This document shows positions 38,327 to 48,347 of a stretch of DNA of 64,000 bases, piece after piece (the stretch's first letter is position 1; the number at the start of each line of letters is the position of its first letter). The notes under the pieces are model-generated. The model did no database searches and was not told the origin of the DNA. It was given only the letters and a program-made list of their open reading frames with translations. Origin of the DNA: Candidatus Omnitrophota bacterium (GTDB lineage Bacteria; Omnitrophota; Omnitrophia; Omnitrophales; Aquincolibacteriaceae); the NCBI GenBank assembly GCA_035352955.1, contig DAOPYQ010000005.1, positions 45,231 to 109,230 of the forward strand. The letters are read 5' to 3'. A program made the translations under genes and the position numbers.

Positions 38327-38947
38327 TTAGCGGACTTTAAGAACATACAATCCGTTCAGAATCCGGAAACCGGCAAGCCAAGTATAAAAAGGACTGAATG
38401 TCACGGCCTCAAGTTCCTGCCGCTCGAAAAACCCCAACCACTCTTCATGTTTACGGAACTGATGGGGATGGTCGAGCCATTCCAGATTCAACATCCGGTC
38501 GCGAAAGATCGTCCAGAACCGGCCAAGCTTATGATGATATAAATCCTCCACGACGATCACTTTGTCCCGCGTCACTCTTCGAACCTCCCGAAAAAGAGCC
38601 TCGGGGTCCGGCACATGGTGCAACATCGTCACCAGCAACGTCACGTCAAAACTTTTATCCGGGAACGGGATCCGGCCACCGTCATAGATCACCACGGGCG
38701 CCTGCTGATATCCCGGCTTTACCACGTCGACAACGAGATGCTCATGCCCCCGCTTCTTCATCGGCGCCGCGTAAAACCCCCAGCCACCACCAAGATCCAG
38801 AATCCGGCTCTTCGGAGGAATCTGTTTTTCAAAAAGCTGCGCAATTCCTTCGGCTCTCTTCTCGAGAGAGCCGCAAAAACAATGCCTCACAAGCCCGTCC
38901 AGCACACGGCGGAGAAAGGCCTGCAGATCTTTTTTGATAGAAGTCAC
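38327..38947 (-). CDS. Class I SAM-dependent methyltransferase
   Basis: ILDLGGGWGFYA glycine-rich SAM motif. GTG start. It is the first gene of the minus-strand lipid operon. Confidence 0.7.
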   Translation of the reverse strand: MTSIKKDLQAFLRRVLDGLVRHCFCGSLEKRAEGIAQLFEKQIPPKSRILDLGGGWGFYAAPMKKRGHEHLVVDVVKPGYQQAPVVIYDGGRIPFPDKSFDVTLLVTMLHHVPDPEALFREVRRVTRDKVIVVEDLYHHKLGRFWTIFRDRMLNLEWLDHPHQFRKHEEWLGFFERQELEAVTFSPFYTWLAGFRILNGLYVLKVR

Positions 38948-39153
38948 GATAAGAATAGAGACGGCATTAATATTTTGAGCGTGGAATTATAGCACAGCCC
39001 TTCTTCATGCCCCAAGAAATCTTTTTAGCATCGCATGCAAAATATCACCTGCCGTTTTTTTTCTTGCCCCGCACACCGCGACCACGTTTCTCTAGTCCTT
39101 GGAAAGTGAATTGAATATTGATTTTTCGAGAGAATGCGGCTATCGTATCGCCC

Positions 39154-39912
39154 ATGACATCACCTCTTAAAGGCAAAGTTGCTCTTATCACAGGTGCGTC
39201 CCGCGGAATCGGCAAGGCTACCGCCCTCCGTCTTGCGGACGACGGCGTCGCCATCGCGGTCAATTATCTCCAAAACGAGGACGCCGCAAAGAAAACGGTG
39301 GAGGAGCTCCAAGCCAAGGGCGTCAAAGCTGCGGCCTTCCAATGCAACGTCGGAGATCTCGACGCACACAACGAACTGATCGAGGGCGTGGTGAAAACGC
39401 TCGGCACGATCGACATCCTGGTCCACAACGCGGCGCTCGGCGCTTTCAAACCCGTCCACCGCCTCAAGATGAACCAGTGGGACCTCTCGATGAACATCAA
39501 CGCCAAGGCCTTCCTCGCGCTGACCCAGAAGGTCCTCCCCATCATGGAACCCAAAAAGGAAGGCTCGATCATCGCGATCTCGAGCCTTGGTTCGCACCGG
39601 TTCATCCCCAATTACGGTGCGATCGGGATTTCAAAAGCCGCGATGGAATCGGTGATCCGTTACCTCGGGGTCGAGCTGATGCAAAAAGGCATCCGCGTAA
39701 ACGGCGTTTCCGGCGGGTTGGTTGACACGGACGCGCTCAAGGCGTTCCCTTTTTTCGATGCGTTCAAAAATGAAGTGCTGAAGCGAACTCCGGCAGGGCG
39801 CATCGGAAAGCCGGAAGATCTTGCCCGCGTTGTCGCATTCCTCTGCTCGCCCGAATCTTCGTGGATCGTCGGTCAGGTCCTCATCGCCGACGGCGGCCTT
39901 TCGCTCATCTGA
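39154..39912 (+). CDS. 3-oxoacyl-ACP reductase-type SDR (FabG/ApeQ-like ketoreductase)
   Basis: KGKVALITGASRGIGKA and a catalytic YGAIGISKAA (YxxxK). It is divergent from the KS operon. Confidence 0.8.
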   Translation: MTSPLKGKVALITGASRGIGKATALRLADDGVAIAVNYLQNEDAAKKTVEELQAKGVKAAAFQCNVGDLDAHNELIEGVVKTLGTIDILVHNAALGAFKPVHRLKMNQWDLSMNINAKAFLALTQKVLPIMEPKKEGSIIAISSLGSHRFIPNYGAIGISKAAMESVIRYLGVELMQKGIRVNGVSGGLVDTDALKAFPFFDAFKNEVLKRTPAGRIGKPEDLARVVAFLCSPESSWIVGQVLIADGGLSLI

Positions 39913-39930
39913 TCGTTTAAAAATCCCCTG

Positions 39931-40749
39931 TCAAAATCCGTAAGCCGTTGCCGCCATCTGTTCCGCACTCATCTTGTAGACGTCACTGAACGCCCGGCTA
40001 AAAGATTCTCCCGTTTTCATCCTTGCCAGGAGATCCCGGACCGTCCCGAATCCGTATTGATCCACGATATATTTAACGACCGCGTACCCGTGCTCATACA
40101 ACCCCGGAGGATAACTCCCATCTTTGTTCAGTGTCGTTCGCAGTTTAAAAAAATCCTTCGGGGGCAACCGGGCCAACGCCGGTTGCTTCTGGTAAACGTC
40201 CTTCGCGACATCCGGAGTCCGGTTGCGGATGCCAAGATCTTCATACTCCGCCAACCCTTCATTCATCCATCGCGGCAGATCCACACTCCCAAGCGACGCG
40301 ACGGCCAGGTGAGAAAGCTCGTGAATAAAAGTACTCTTGAAAGGATTGGGATCCACAGGCGGTCCCTTGACGCCGCGAAAAAGGATGCGGATCCTTTTAT
40401 CCTGATAAAATCCGCTGCTGATACGGTCCGGCTCATCCACCTTCCGGTAGTTCTCCGGTGAAAGCAGGATCACCTCATAAGCCCCGGACGGCTGGAAATC
40501 AAAATCATCCTTGACGGATCTCAATGATTCTTCGATCTGAAGAACAACCGTTTCTTTTTCGGCGGGAGTAAGCGGACCGTCATACAGGACCTTGAAGTTC
40601 TGGACGGTAAAGCTCTCAAACTGTTCTTTGGTCTTTTTTTCGTACGATAGGCGTTGATACGTTCCCTTGTCAAAACGGATGGCCTGCGCTGAGACAGGAT
40701 TCAAAACGATCGATACGGTCAAAAACAGCAGGGCGACTCCCGTTCTCAT
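39931..40749 (-). CDS. Secreted zinc metallopeptidase, Peptidase_MA-like (HExxH...NEGLAEY)
   Basis: Signal peptide MRTGVALLFLTVSIVLNPVSAQA, then HELSHL followed by WMNEGLAEYED. Confidence 0.6.
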   Translation of the reverse strand: MRTGVALLFLTVSIVLNPVSAQAIRFDKGTYQRLSYEKKTKEQFESFTVQNFKVLYDGPLTPAEKETVVLQIEESLRSVKDDFDFQPSGAYEVILLSPENYRKVDEPDRISSGFYQDKRIRILFRGVKGPPVDPNPFKSTFIHELSHLAVASLGSVDLPRWMNEGLAEYEDLGIRNRTPDVAKDVYQKQPALARLPPKDFFKLRTTLNKDGSYPPGLYEHGYAVVKYIVDQYGFGTVRDLLARMKTGESFSRAFSDVYKMSAEQMAATAYGF

Positions 40750-40805
40750 AAAAAAAATTCTCCCTTTCCGTTTTTTTTCGACCGTCACCCGACTTCCAGG
40801 AAATG

Positions 40806-41393
40806 TTATTTCCAAAGCCAACCGCAGGAAGCGCATTTTTTCTGCCCGGGAAGCATTTCCGCTTCACATTCCGGACAGGCAAACGGCTTTTTCCAGTCCC
40901 ATCCACAGGAAAGACATCCGTCCTGGTCCGGCAATATTTTTACCCCGCACTCAAAACAAAGGACGGTGCCGGGGGCGAGGATCATTTCATCAAGCTCTGA
41001 AATGATCTTATCGATTTCCGGAACAGAAAAAAGCCTCGCCTCCGGGCCAGAATCCCTGTGCTTTTTGAGAACGTCCTTAAGGAATTTGATCAACCCGTCC
41101 CAAAAGAAACGTTCCGGGTCGCCGTACTTTTCGGCATGCAAGTCGACCGCGAGATAGCGTGCCAAAAAGCCCAGGGAAGGATCCATCAAAACGGTTTCGT
41201 CCCGCTTCCGGAGAGCGGTTAAAAGAAGCTCGATGTGCTTCTTGATATATTTCGGAAGGTTTCGCCGCATATGGCTTGCATAAAACCACCAAGCGATCGC
41301 CGCAATACAAATGCCCCCACCCATAAGCATTACTAATGCCACGGGATCCCCATTGGCAAAACGCGCAAAAACCGTATCGAAAGATTCGGACAT
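40806..41393 (-). CDS. Membrane protein with a C-terminal double zinc-ribbon
   Basis: One TM helix; CFECGVKI...CLSCGW and CPECEAEM...CASCGW. Confidence 0.5.
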   Translation of the reverse strand: MSESFDTVFARFANGDPVALVMLMGGGICIAAIAWWFYASHMRRNLPKYIKKHIELLLTALRKRDETVLMDPSLGFLARYLAVDLHAEKYGDPERFFWDGLIKFLKDVLKKHRDSGPEARLFSVPEIDKIISELDEMILAPGTVLCFECGVKILPDQDGCLSCGWDWKKPFACPECEAEMLPGQKKCASCGWLWK

Positions 41394-41404
41394 CGCGCCT
41401 CCTT

Positions 41405-41614
41405 CTAGAACGTAACCTTACCCGGGACAGTAGCTCCGGGAACATACTCGGCCGTATCAAATCCTACTTTTTTTGCTGTTGTTTCGCCGTCCGGACCCGT
41501 GTGCCAATATCCCGCGCCGGCACCAACGCGGACGCAACCCGCGAAACCCAACACGCCAAGCGCAACGATCAATATGACGCCGAAGCATCGACTCCGATCA
41601 GACCTGTTATTCAT
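41405..41614 (-). CDS. Small lipoprotein (69 aa), hypothetical
   Basis: Signal peptide with lipobox LGFAGC. Its start overlaps the lnt stop by 8 nt, which suggests translational coupling. Confidence 0.45.
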   Translation of the reverse strand: MNNRSDRSRCFGVILIVALGVLGFAGCVRVGAGAGYWHTGPDGETTAKKVGFDTAEYVPGATVPGKVTF

Positions 41615-43148
41615 TTGCCAACTTCCGGCGGAGAAAAACCGCGAGAATCAAAAAAAGAGCTGCGGCAACGTACGGAAAAAGGAATCCGCCCCGTCTGTAA
41701 AAAGTAGTTTCTGTTGCGAGCGGCAGGTCCAAAGTCTCATGCCCCAGTTCAAAGATCTCGCCGCCCTTCTCACCGCGAACGGTCGCAAGCAATTCCCCGC
41801 GGCGGGAAATAAACCCGGAAACCCCGGTATTCCCGGCCCGCACAACCGCCACACCGTTTTCGACGGCCCGGAAGACCGAGGCCTGAAAATGCTGGAACGG
41901 AGAACCCGTTTTCCCGAACCATGCATCGTTCGTGATCACGGTCAGGAATTTCGCTCCGCGATCCGCGTATTCGCGAGAAAGATCGGTAAAAACATCCTCA
42001 AAACAGATCAGCACGCCGAACGGCCAATCCTCGCGCGCCCACCGGAAAAGCACCGGCACGGTCCCTGCGCTGAAATCGCTGATCCCGAGAGACTCCGCGA
42101 TCGGTGTCAGCCAGAAAAAAATCGGCTTCAGCGGGATAAATTCCCCGAACGGTACAAGGCGGAGCTTGTCGTAACGGCCAAGACCCACGCCGTTCTTATC
42201 GAGGAGATACGCGCTATTGTAAACCTCCTTCTCCGTCACCCAGTAGAGCGCCCCGATCAAAAGAGGCGTCTGAACTTCCTTGGCAAGCTGCGTGATCCTC
42301 GCCGCGGCAACATCCCCGTTGAAATACCCCGGGAACGCGGCTTCTGGCCAAATGATAAGGTCGGGCTGTTTTACCGCCGCCAACTGCGTCAACTTAATGT
42401 AGATTTCGAGGATCTTCTCCTTCGCCATCAGCTCCCATTTGACCGACTGGGGAATGTTCCCCTGAAGTACCGAAACGCGGAGATATTCCTCCGGCTTTTC
42501 CTCCCGGCCAAGCCGCCGGTCCCCGTAGACCATGAGCCCGATCAAAATCCCAACGCTTACGGCAAAGAGCGCCGCCGGAACCCCCCGCTTGCGCAATTTT
42601 TTCGGAGCAAAAAGTTCGAACACGCACACGTTCACGATTGCGATCAGAAAGCCGAGACCGTACGCCCCCCAAATACTTGCGGACTGGATCATCACCGGGT
42701 ACGGGGCCTGGGAATACCCCAAAAGATTCCATTCCATCCCAAAAATCGGGACTTCCGAACGGAGGATCTCAATGACGGTCCACGCAAGCGCAACCCAAAG
42801 AACCCGGAACCAGAGCGGCGCCTGGGCTTTGCGGACCGCATACGCGAGGCAAGTAAAACCCGTGAGATAAACCGTCTGCATCAACGTCCATAGGATCCAC
42901 CCGGCGGGCGCCACATGCGTCAACCAATGCATCGAAAGACCGAAGAAGACGAGACCAAAAACAACACCGGCTCGTGCGGCTTGAGCCAGTGTCTCCGCTT
43001 TGCGGATGGCAAAAAACAGCGGGACAAGCGCGACCCAAGCAAGAAAACCCCAGGCGGGATGAGGATAGCTTAAGGTGAGAAGAATACCGGAAGAGGCGGC
43101 CAGGAAGGCCCGCGAGCGGAGTCCCAAAGAGAAGGCTCTTTTATTCAT
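41607..43148 (-). CDS. lnt: Apolipoprotein N-acyltransferase
   Basis: 8 TM N-domain plus a CN-hydrolase domain with the catalytic triad conserved (IIWPEAA, YDKLRLVPFGEFIP, VLICFEDVF). Confidence 0.9.
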   Translation of the reverse strand: MNKRAFSLGLRSRAFLAASSGILLTLSYPHPAWGFLAWVALVPLFFAIRKAETLAQAARAGVVFGLVFFGLSMHWLTHVAPAGWILWTLMQTVYLTGFTCLAYAVRKAQAPLWFRVLWVALAWTVIEILRSEVPIFGMEWNLLGYSQAPYPVMIQSASIWGAYGLGFLIAIVNVCVFELFAPKKLRKRGVPAALFAVSVGILIGLMVYGDRRLGREEKPEEYLRVSVLQGNIPQSVKWELMAKEKILEIYIKLTQLAAVKQPDLIIWPEAAFPGYFNGDVAAARITQLAKEVQTPLLIGALYWVTEKEVYNSAYLLDKNGVGLGRYDKLRLVPFGEFIPLKPIFFWLTPIAESLGISDFSAGTVPVLFRWAREDWPFGVLICFEDVFTDLSREYADRGAKFLTVITNDAWFGKTGSPFQHFQASVFRAVENGVAVVRAGNTGVSGFISRRGELLATVRGEKGGEIFELGHETLDLPLATETTFYRRGGFLFPYVAAALFLILAVFLRRKLANE

Positions 43149-43152
43149 AAGG

Positions 43153-44730
43153 CTAGCCTTTCGTCCGCCGCCTCAGGACCGACATAAAAAAAATCCCGAG
43201 CATTATCAAACCAAGCCCGTACGGCAACAACCAACCACCGCGGCGATAAAATGTCCGGCGATCCGTGAGAGGAAGATCGTAAGTGATCTGCCCCTTCACG
43301 GAAACGCTCTGTCCTTTTTCATCCTGGACCATCCCGAGAACCACCCCGCGATCCGAAACGATCCCCGAAATGCCGGTGTTCGCGGAACGCACAACGGGAA
43401 TACCGTTCTCGACGGCACGAAAAATAGAAGTGTACAAATGCTGCAAAGGCGCCCCGCCAACCTCGAACCAGGCATCATTCGTAAGGATCACAAGAAAACG
43501 GCATCCGCAATCGGCCAACTGGCGCACGAGATTCGGAAAAACATCTTCCACACAAATGATCACTCCGAAAGGCCATCCCGCTCCCGTCCACTGAAAGATC
43601 CCGAAATCCTCTCCGGGAAGGGTCGCCTCGATGCCCATCGCGCGTGCAACCGGTGTCATCCAAAAGAGGACCGGACGGGCCGGGATATATTCTCCAAACG
43701 GCACGAGCTTCAGCTTGTCGTAGCGTTCACGGGTCACGCCTTTTTGATCGATAAAATAAGCGCTGTTCCGTACGTTCTGGTCTCCTTCCCATTTTAACGC
43801 GCCCACGACCATCGGAACCCCGATCGAACTCGCGAGATCTTTCACCCTCTGCGTATCAATATCCCGGCCCAGGACCCCCGGGAAAGAGGTTTCGGGCCAC
43901 ACAATCAGATCGGAACGATCCGCGGCCGCCTGTTGCGCAAGCTCTTCATAGACCTGGAGAATGTTTTCCTTCTCCACGGGGTCCCATTTTTCGGATTGAT
44001 CGATATTCCCCTGCAGGACGGACACACGAAGCGAATCTACGGACGGCGCAGCGTGTGCGATCGACCATGATCCGTAACAAAAAAGAGAACCGATCACCGC
44101 AGTCATGGTCAAAAAAAGCGCCGCCATCACCGTCGGCGCAGAAAGTTTCCGCTTCATGAAGGAAGCCTGGCAAGAACCGGGATCCGCGACCAGCACGAGA
44201 GTCTTCGCGACGCAAACGTTCACAGCCATCACAAAAAAACTCAGCCCATAAGCTCCGACAATGTCCGCGATCTGAATGATCGCGCGATACGGCGCCTGGG
44301 AAAACGCCAAGAGGTTCCATCCGAGCCCAAGCACGGGGATCTCCGTCCTGACAAATTCCATAAAAACCCACGCCGCGGACGTCCACACGATCTTAGCCGG
44401 AATACTTTTCAGAGAACGGCTGCCCCAATAGGTCAACGCGGCAAAAATCGCGAAAAAACAGGCCTCCAGCACAAAAAAGAAGATCCAGCCTCCCACGCTC
44501 ACCACGGACATCCAGTCCATCGTCACATTGAAGAAAACCGCGCCGGTGATCCATCCGTACCACACCGCGCGCCAGAGGCTGCGGGCGGAACGGATCGCCA
44601 AAAGAAGGGGCACAAGCGCGATCCATCCGAAGAGGGGCCAACCGGGATAAGGAAATGCGACCAAAAGCATCAGACCACTCAAGAAAGCCAGACGCTTGCA
44701 CATCGGTTTTTGAGGCAGGATCTTACTCAT
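43153..44730 (-). CDS. lnt: Apolipoprotein N-acyltransferase paralog (second, tandem copy)
   Basis: Same architecture with the triad intact ([30 protein letters not shown]). It lies 4 nt upstream of the other lnt, and its start is 4 nt after the secA stop. Confidence 0.85.
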   Translation of the reverse strand: MSKILPQKPMCKRLAFLSGLMLLVAFPYPGWPLFGWIALVPLLLAIRSARSLWRAVWYGWITGAVFFNVTMDWMSVVSVGGWIFFFVLEACFFAIFAALTYWGSRSLKSIPAKIVWTSAAWVFMEFVRTEIPVLGLGWNLLAFSQAPYRAIIQIADIVGAYGLSFFVMAVNVCVAKTLVLVADPGSCQASFMKRKLSAPTVMAALFLTMTAVIGSLFCYGSWSIAHAAPSVDSLRVSVLQGNIDQSEKWDPVEKENILQVYEELAQQAAADRSDLIVWPETSFPGVLGRDIDTQRVKDLASSIGVPMVVGALKWEGDQNVRNSAYFIDQKGVTRERYDKLKLVPFGEYIPARPVLFWMTPVARAMGIEATLPGEDFGIFQWTGAGWPFGVIICVEDVFPNLVRQLADCGCRFLVILTNDAWFEVGGAPLQHLYTSIFRAVENGIPVVRSANTGISGIVSDRGVVLGMVQDEKGQSVSVKGQITYDLPLTDRRTFYRRGGWLLPYGLGLIMLGIFFMSVLRRRTKG

Positions 44731-47404
44731 TTTTCCCGCAACATTTTTTGTATTTTTTTCCGCTGCCGCAGGAGCAGGGATCGTTACGGCCAACCTTGGG
44801 CTCCGCGCGATGCACGGGCTCCGGTTTTTGATCCGGAGAGCCTCCGCGGGGCGAAAAATGGGTGTCGAAACCTTCCCCCGCTGCGGGCCCCGGCCGGGAT
44901 TTCGGCGCGGTCTCTTTGATCGCCTGGGTTTCGGGATGAAGGTACTGGGCCTTCGGCGTTTCGAGAACGCCTGCGGTTTTTGTTTCGTGAACGACCTGCA
45001 CGCGGAAGAGAAGCTCGATCGCCTCTTCCTTGATACGATCCGTCATTTCATCGAACATATTGAACGCTTCCCGCTTGTACTCAACGAGCGGATCCCTCTG
45101 TCCATACGCCCTCAGGCCGATCCCCTCCCGGAGATTGTCGAGGCCGTAAAGATGCTCTTTCCATTTCGTATCGATCACCTGCAGGAGGATGAATTTTTCG
45201 AGATACTGCGTCTGTGCGGCGCCGAAAACCTTCTCTCGTCTTTGAAACTCCTCCTGAACGGTCTGATTGATCGCCTCAAGAAGCGTATCGATCTCATACT
45301 GGTTGTCCTCCACGCATTTGCGAAAATCCACGCCAAACCGTTCCCCAAGCGCCGCGATCAAACCCTCCGGGTTCTTGTCCTCTTCCCGCATATCGGGATG
45401 GACATATGTCGCGACCATGCCTTCGACCACATTTTCGATCATCTCAAACACATGCTTTTTCAGCTCCTCGGGACTGCCTTTCAGAATGAGATCCCGCTCC
45501 CCGTAGATCAACTCACGCTGGCGGTTCATCACGTCATCGTATTCAAGCAGATGTTTGCGGATCTCGAAATTGTGGGCCTCGATCCGTTTCTGGGCCGTTT
45601 CCATCGCACGGCTCACGAACGGGTGCTGGATCTCTTCCCCTTCCTGAAGACCGAGGCGCTGCATCATGCCGGAAATGCGGTCCGCTCCGAAAAGCCGCAT
45701 GAGCTCGTCCTCGAGCGAAATATAGAATTTCGAGGAACCGGGATCACCCTGACGGCCGCAACGGCCGCGGAGCTGGTTGTCGATGCGACGCGCTTCATGA
45801 CGCTCGGTCCCGATCACGGCAAGCCCGCCTTTGTCCGCGACCCCGGGGCCGAGCACAATGTCCGTCCCACGGCCCGCCATGTTCGTGGCAATCGTCACCA
45901 CCGCAGGCTGACCGGCCTGGGCAACGATCTCGGCTTCCTTTTCGTGATATTTGGCGTTAAGCACGGTATGCGGAAGATTGATCTGATGAAGCATTTTGCT
46001 CAGACGCTCGGACCTCTCGATCGAGATCGTACCCACAAGCACCGGACGCCCTTTTTTATGTTCTTCCACGACCTCGCGCACCACCGCTTCAAATTTTTCT
46101 TTTTCGGTCCGGTAGATACAATCCGCGGAGTCGACTCGGACGCACGGACGGTTCGGCGGCATGACGACCACGTCCAGTTTGTAGATCTTGTCGAACTCGA
46201 CCGCTTCGGTCGCCGCGGTACCGGTCATCCCGCCCAGTTTCTTGTACATGCGGAAATAATTCTGGAACGTGACCGTCGCGAGCGTCTGGTTCTCCCGCTT
46301 GATCTCAACGCCTTCTTTGGCTTCCAGTGCCTGGTGAAGACCGTCCGAAAAGCGGCGGCCCGGCATGAGACGGCCCGTAAACTCATCGACGATCAATATC
46401 TCACCATCTTTGACCACGTACTCGACATCGCGCGCAAAAAATTCCTTCGCCCGAAGCGCCGTGATGATGTGATGGCGTTCGGACACCGTATCGGAGTCGT
46501 GCATATTGCTGACGCCCATCGCGCGCGCGGACTTGGTCTCGCCCGATTCCGTCAGGCGGATCGTCTTCGCCTTTTCGTCGGAGATATAATCGCATTCCTT
46601 TTTAATCTCTTCGAGTTTCGCTTTCCATTCCGGATCGACCTCTTCCTTAGCAATCCGATATCCTTTCAAAGACAGCGCGGCGCGCTGGGCCCTGAAATAT
46701 TTGTCCGTGGAATCTTCCGCGGGACCGGAAATGATAAGCGGTGTACGGGCCTCATCGATCAGGATCGAATCGACTTCGTCCACGATCGCGTAATGGAGCG
46801 GACGCTGGACGCGCATCTCGAGACCAGTAACCATGTTGTCACGAAGATAATCGAACCCGAATTCGTTGTTCGTTCCGTACGTGATGTCGGCGTTGTAGGC
46901 CTTCTGACGTTCTTCCTGCGGGATATCGTGCTGGATCACGCCGACGGTAAGGCCGAGAAATTCATAAATCGGCCCCATCCAATTGCGGTCACGGCGAGCC
47001 AGATAATCGTTCACGGTCACAAGGTGGACGCCCTTTCCTTCGAGCGCGTTCAGATAGACCGGAAGTGTCGCAACCAGCGTTTTCCCCTCGCCGGTGGACA
47101 TCTCTGCGATCTTCCCCTTGTGGAGCACAAGTCCGCCGAGGATCTGCACGTCAAAATGCCGCATCTTGGTCGTTCGACGTGACGCCTCCCGAACCACCGC
47201 GAACGCCTCGGGGAGAATGTCGTCGAGCGTCTGCCCCTCGGCAAGCCGCTTCCTGAATTCGTCCGTTTTGGCGCGGAGTTCGGCATCCGTAAGTTTCTGG
47301 ATCGCCGGCTCGAGCGCGTTGACCTCCGCCACAACCGGCCAGAGGGTTTTAAGGGTGCGGGTATTTTGCGTTCCGAATATTTTCTGCAGAATAAAGTTAA
47401 TCAT
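44723..47404 (-). CDS. secA: Preprotein translocase ATPase SecA
   Basis: DEAD motor, [13 protein letters not shown] and HWD domains, and a C-terminal zinc finger [14 protein letters not shown]. The start is at the internal ATG ([11 protein letters not shown]). Confidence 0.95.
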   Translation of the reverse strand: MINFILQKIFGTQNTRTLKTLWPVVAEVNALEPAIQKLTDAELRAKTDEFRKRLAEGQTLDDILPEAFAVVREASRRTTKMRHFDVQILGGLVLHKGKIAEMSTGEGKTLVATLPVYLNALEGKGVHLVTVNDYLARRDRNWMGPIYEFLGLTVGVIQHDIPQEERQKAYNADITYGTNNEFGFDYLRDNMVTGLEMRVQRPLHYAIVDEVDSILIDEARTPLIISGPAEDSTDKYFRAQRAALSLKGYRIAKEEVDPEWKAKLEEIKKECDYISDEKAKTIRLTESGETKSARAMGVSNMHDSDTVSERHHIITALRAKEFFARDVEYVVKDGEILIVDEFTGRLMPGRRFSDGLHQALEAKEGVEIKRENQTLATVTFQNYFRMYKKLGGMTGTAATEAVEFDKIYKLDVVVMPPNRPCVRVDSADCIYRTEKEKFEAVVREVVEEHKKGRPVLVGTISIERSERLSKMLHQINLPHTVLNAKYHEKEAEIVAQAGQPAVVTIATNMAGRGTDIVLGPGVADKGGLAVIGTERHEARRIDNQLRGRCGRQGDPGSSKFYISLEDELMRLFGADRISGMMQRLGLQEGEEIQHPFVSRAMETAQKRIEAHNFEIRKHLLEYDDVMNRQRELIYGERDLILKGSPEELKKHVFEMIENVVEGMVATYVHPDMREEDKNPEGLIAALGERFGVDFRKCVEDNQYEIDTLLEAINQTVQEEFQRREKVFGAAQTQYLEKFILLQVIDTKWKEHLYGLDNLREGIGLRAYGQRDPLVEYKREAFNMFDEMTDRIKEEAIELLFRVQVVHETKTAGVLETPKAQYLHPETQAIKETAPKSRPGPAAGEGFDTHFSPRGGSPDQKPEPVHRAEPKVGRNDPCSCGSGKKYKKCCGKNE

Positions 47405-47484
47405 ATGTTTCACGCAACGCGTAAGCCCAACGCGCAACGAAAGAGCCTTATCGTTGAACGTTGCGCCTCGCGCGTTGTGCGCCT

Positions 47485-48282
47485 TTATTGGGTTTGATTT
47501 CTCGTTGCTTCAAGGATCGGAAGACCGTTCTCAGTAGGCACGTAGATCACCTGGTCTTTCGTATCTTTTAAACTGCGGATCCATAGATACTTCAAATACG
47601 AGTCATTGCTTTTCAACGAATCGCCGATGATCTGATTCGACTTAGCCACGCCCTCCGCCTTCGCCACTTCAATCTCGGCGTCTTTCTTCGCCTTCTGGAG
47701 CTCAAATTCCTTCTGCAAGGCTTCCTGCTCCGCCTTGAGTTTCAGCTCGATCGACTGCGAAAACGATGCGGGCAGCTTGACGTCCCTCAAGAGAACGTCC
47801 TGCACCACGATCCCTTTTTCGTCCAGTTTGTTCTTAAGAAACTCGAGCATGTTCTTTCCGATCTCCTTACGCCCCGCTTCGCTGTAAAGCGCTTTCACCG
47901 CATAACCGCTCGCGACGTTGCGGATCGACTCACGAACGTAGGGCTCCAGCACGACCGATACATAGTAGGGACCGATGGTCCTCCGGACAAAACTCGCCTT
48001 CTCCGGCGGGACCAGATACATGATCGAAATGTCGAGCTGGGAGATCAAACCTTCCGACGACGGCACCTGCGCCGTTTCCTTCAGCTCCTGCAACTTGACG
48101 TTCCAAATCTCGATTTGCGTAACGGCCGGGATGAAAAAATGCCATCCCCCGGCAAGAACCTGGTCCTGGATCTTTCCAAAACTGATCTTCACGCCAACCT
48201 GCCCGTCTTCGATTTGCGTCAAGCAGCCGGAGAACATCATGGAAACGGCTATTAACATTACAACCCGTGTAATTCTTTTCAT
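47485..48282 (-). CDS. SPFH/band-7 (prohibitin/HflC-like) lipoprotein
   Basis: Lipobox MMFSGC followed by an SPFH domain. The ATG at 48282 has a GGAGGGGG RBS. Confidence 0.7.
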   Translation of the reverse strand: MKRITRVVMLIAVSMMFSGCLTQIEDGQVGVKISFGKIQDQVLAGGWHFFIPAVTQIEIWNVKLQELKETAQVPSSEGLISQLDISIMYLVPPEKASFVRRTIGPYYVSVVLEPYVRESIRNVASGYAVKALYSEAGRKEIGKNMLEFLKNKLDEKGIVVQDVLLRDVKLPASFSQSIELKLKAEQEALQKEFELQKAKKDAEIEVAKAEGVAKSNQIIGDSLKSNDSYLKYLWIRSLKDTKDQVIYVPTENGLPILEATRNQTQ

Positions 48283-48347
48283 GCCCCCTCCGTCATTGCA
48301 TTTTAAGGGCCGCGAATTCCGCAACGCGAGGCCCGCGGATCATGGCC

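Noticed and set aside
44810-47182. 790-aa + strand ORF antisense to secA
   Set aside because: The opposite strand encodes an unmistakable SecA. The antisense product is Arg/Leu/Phe-rich with no domains.
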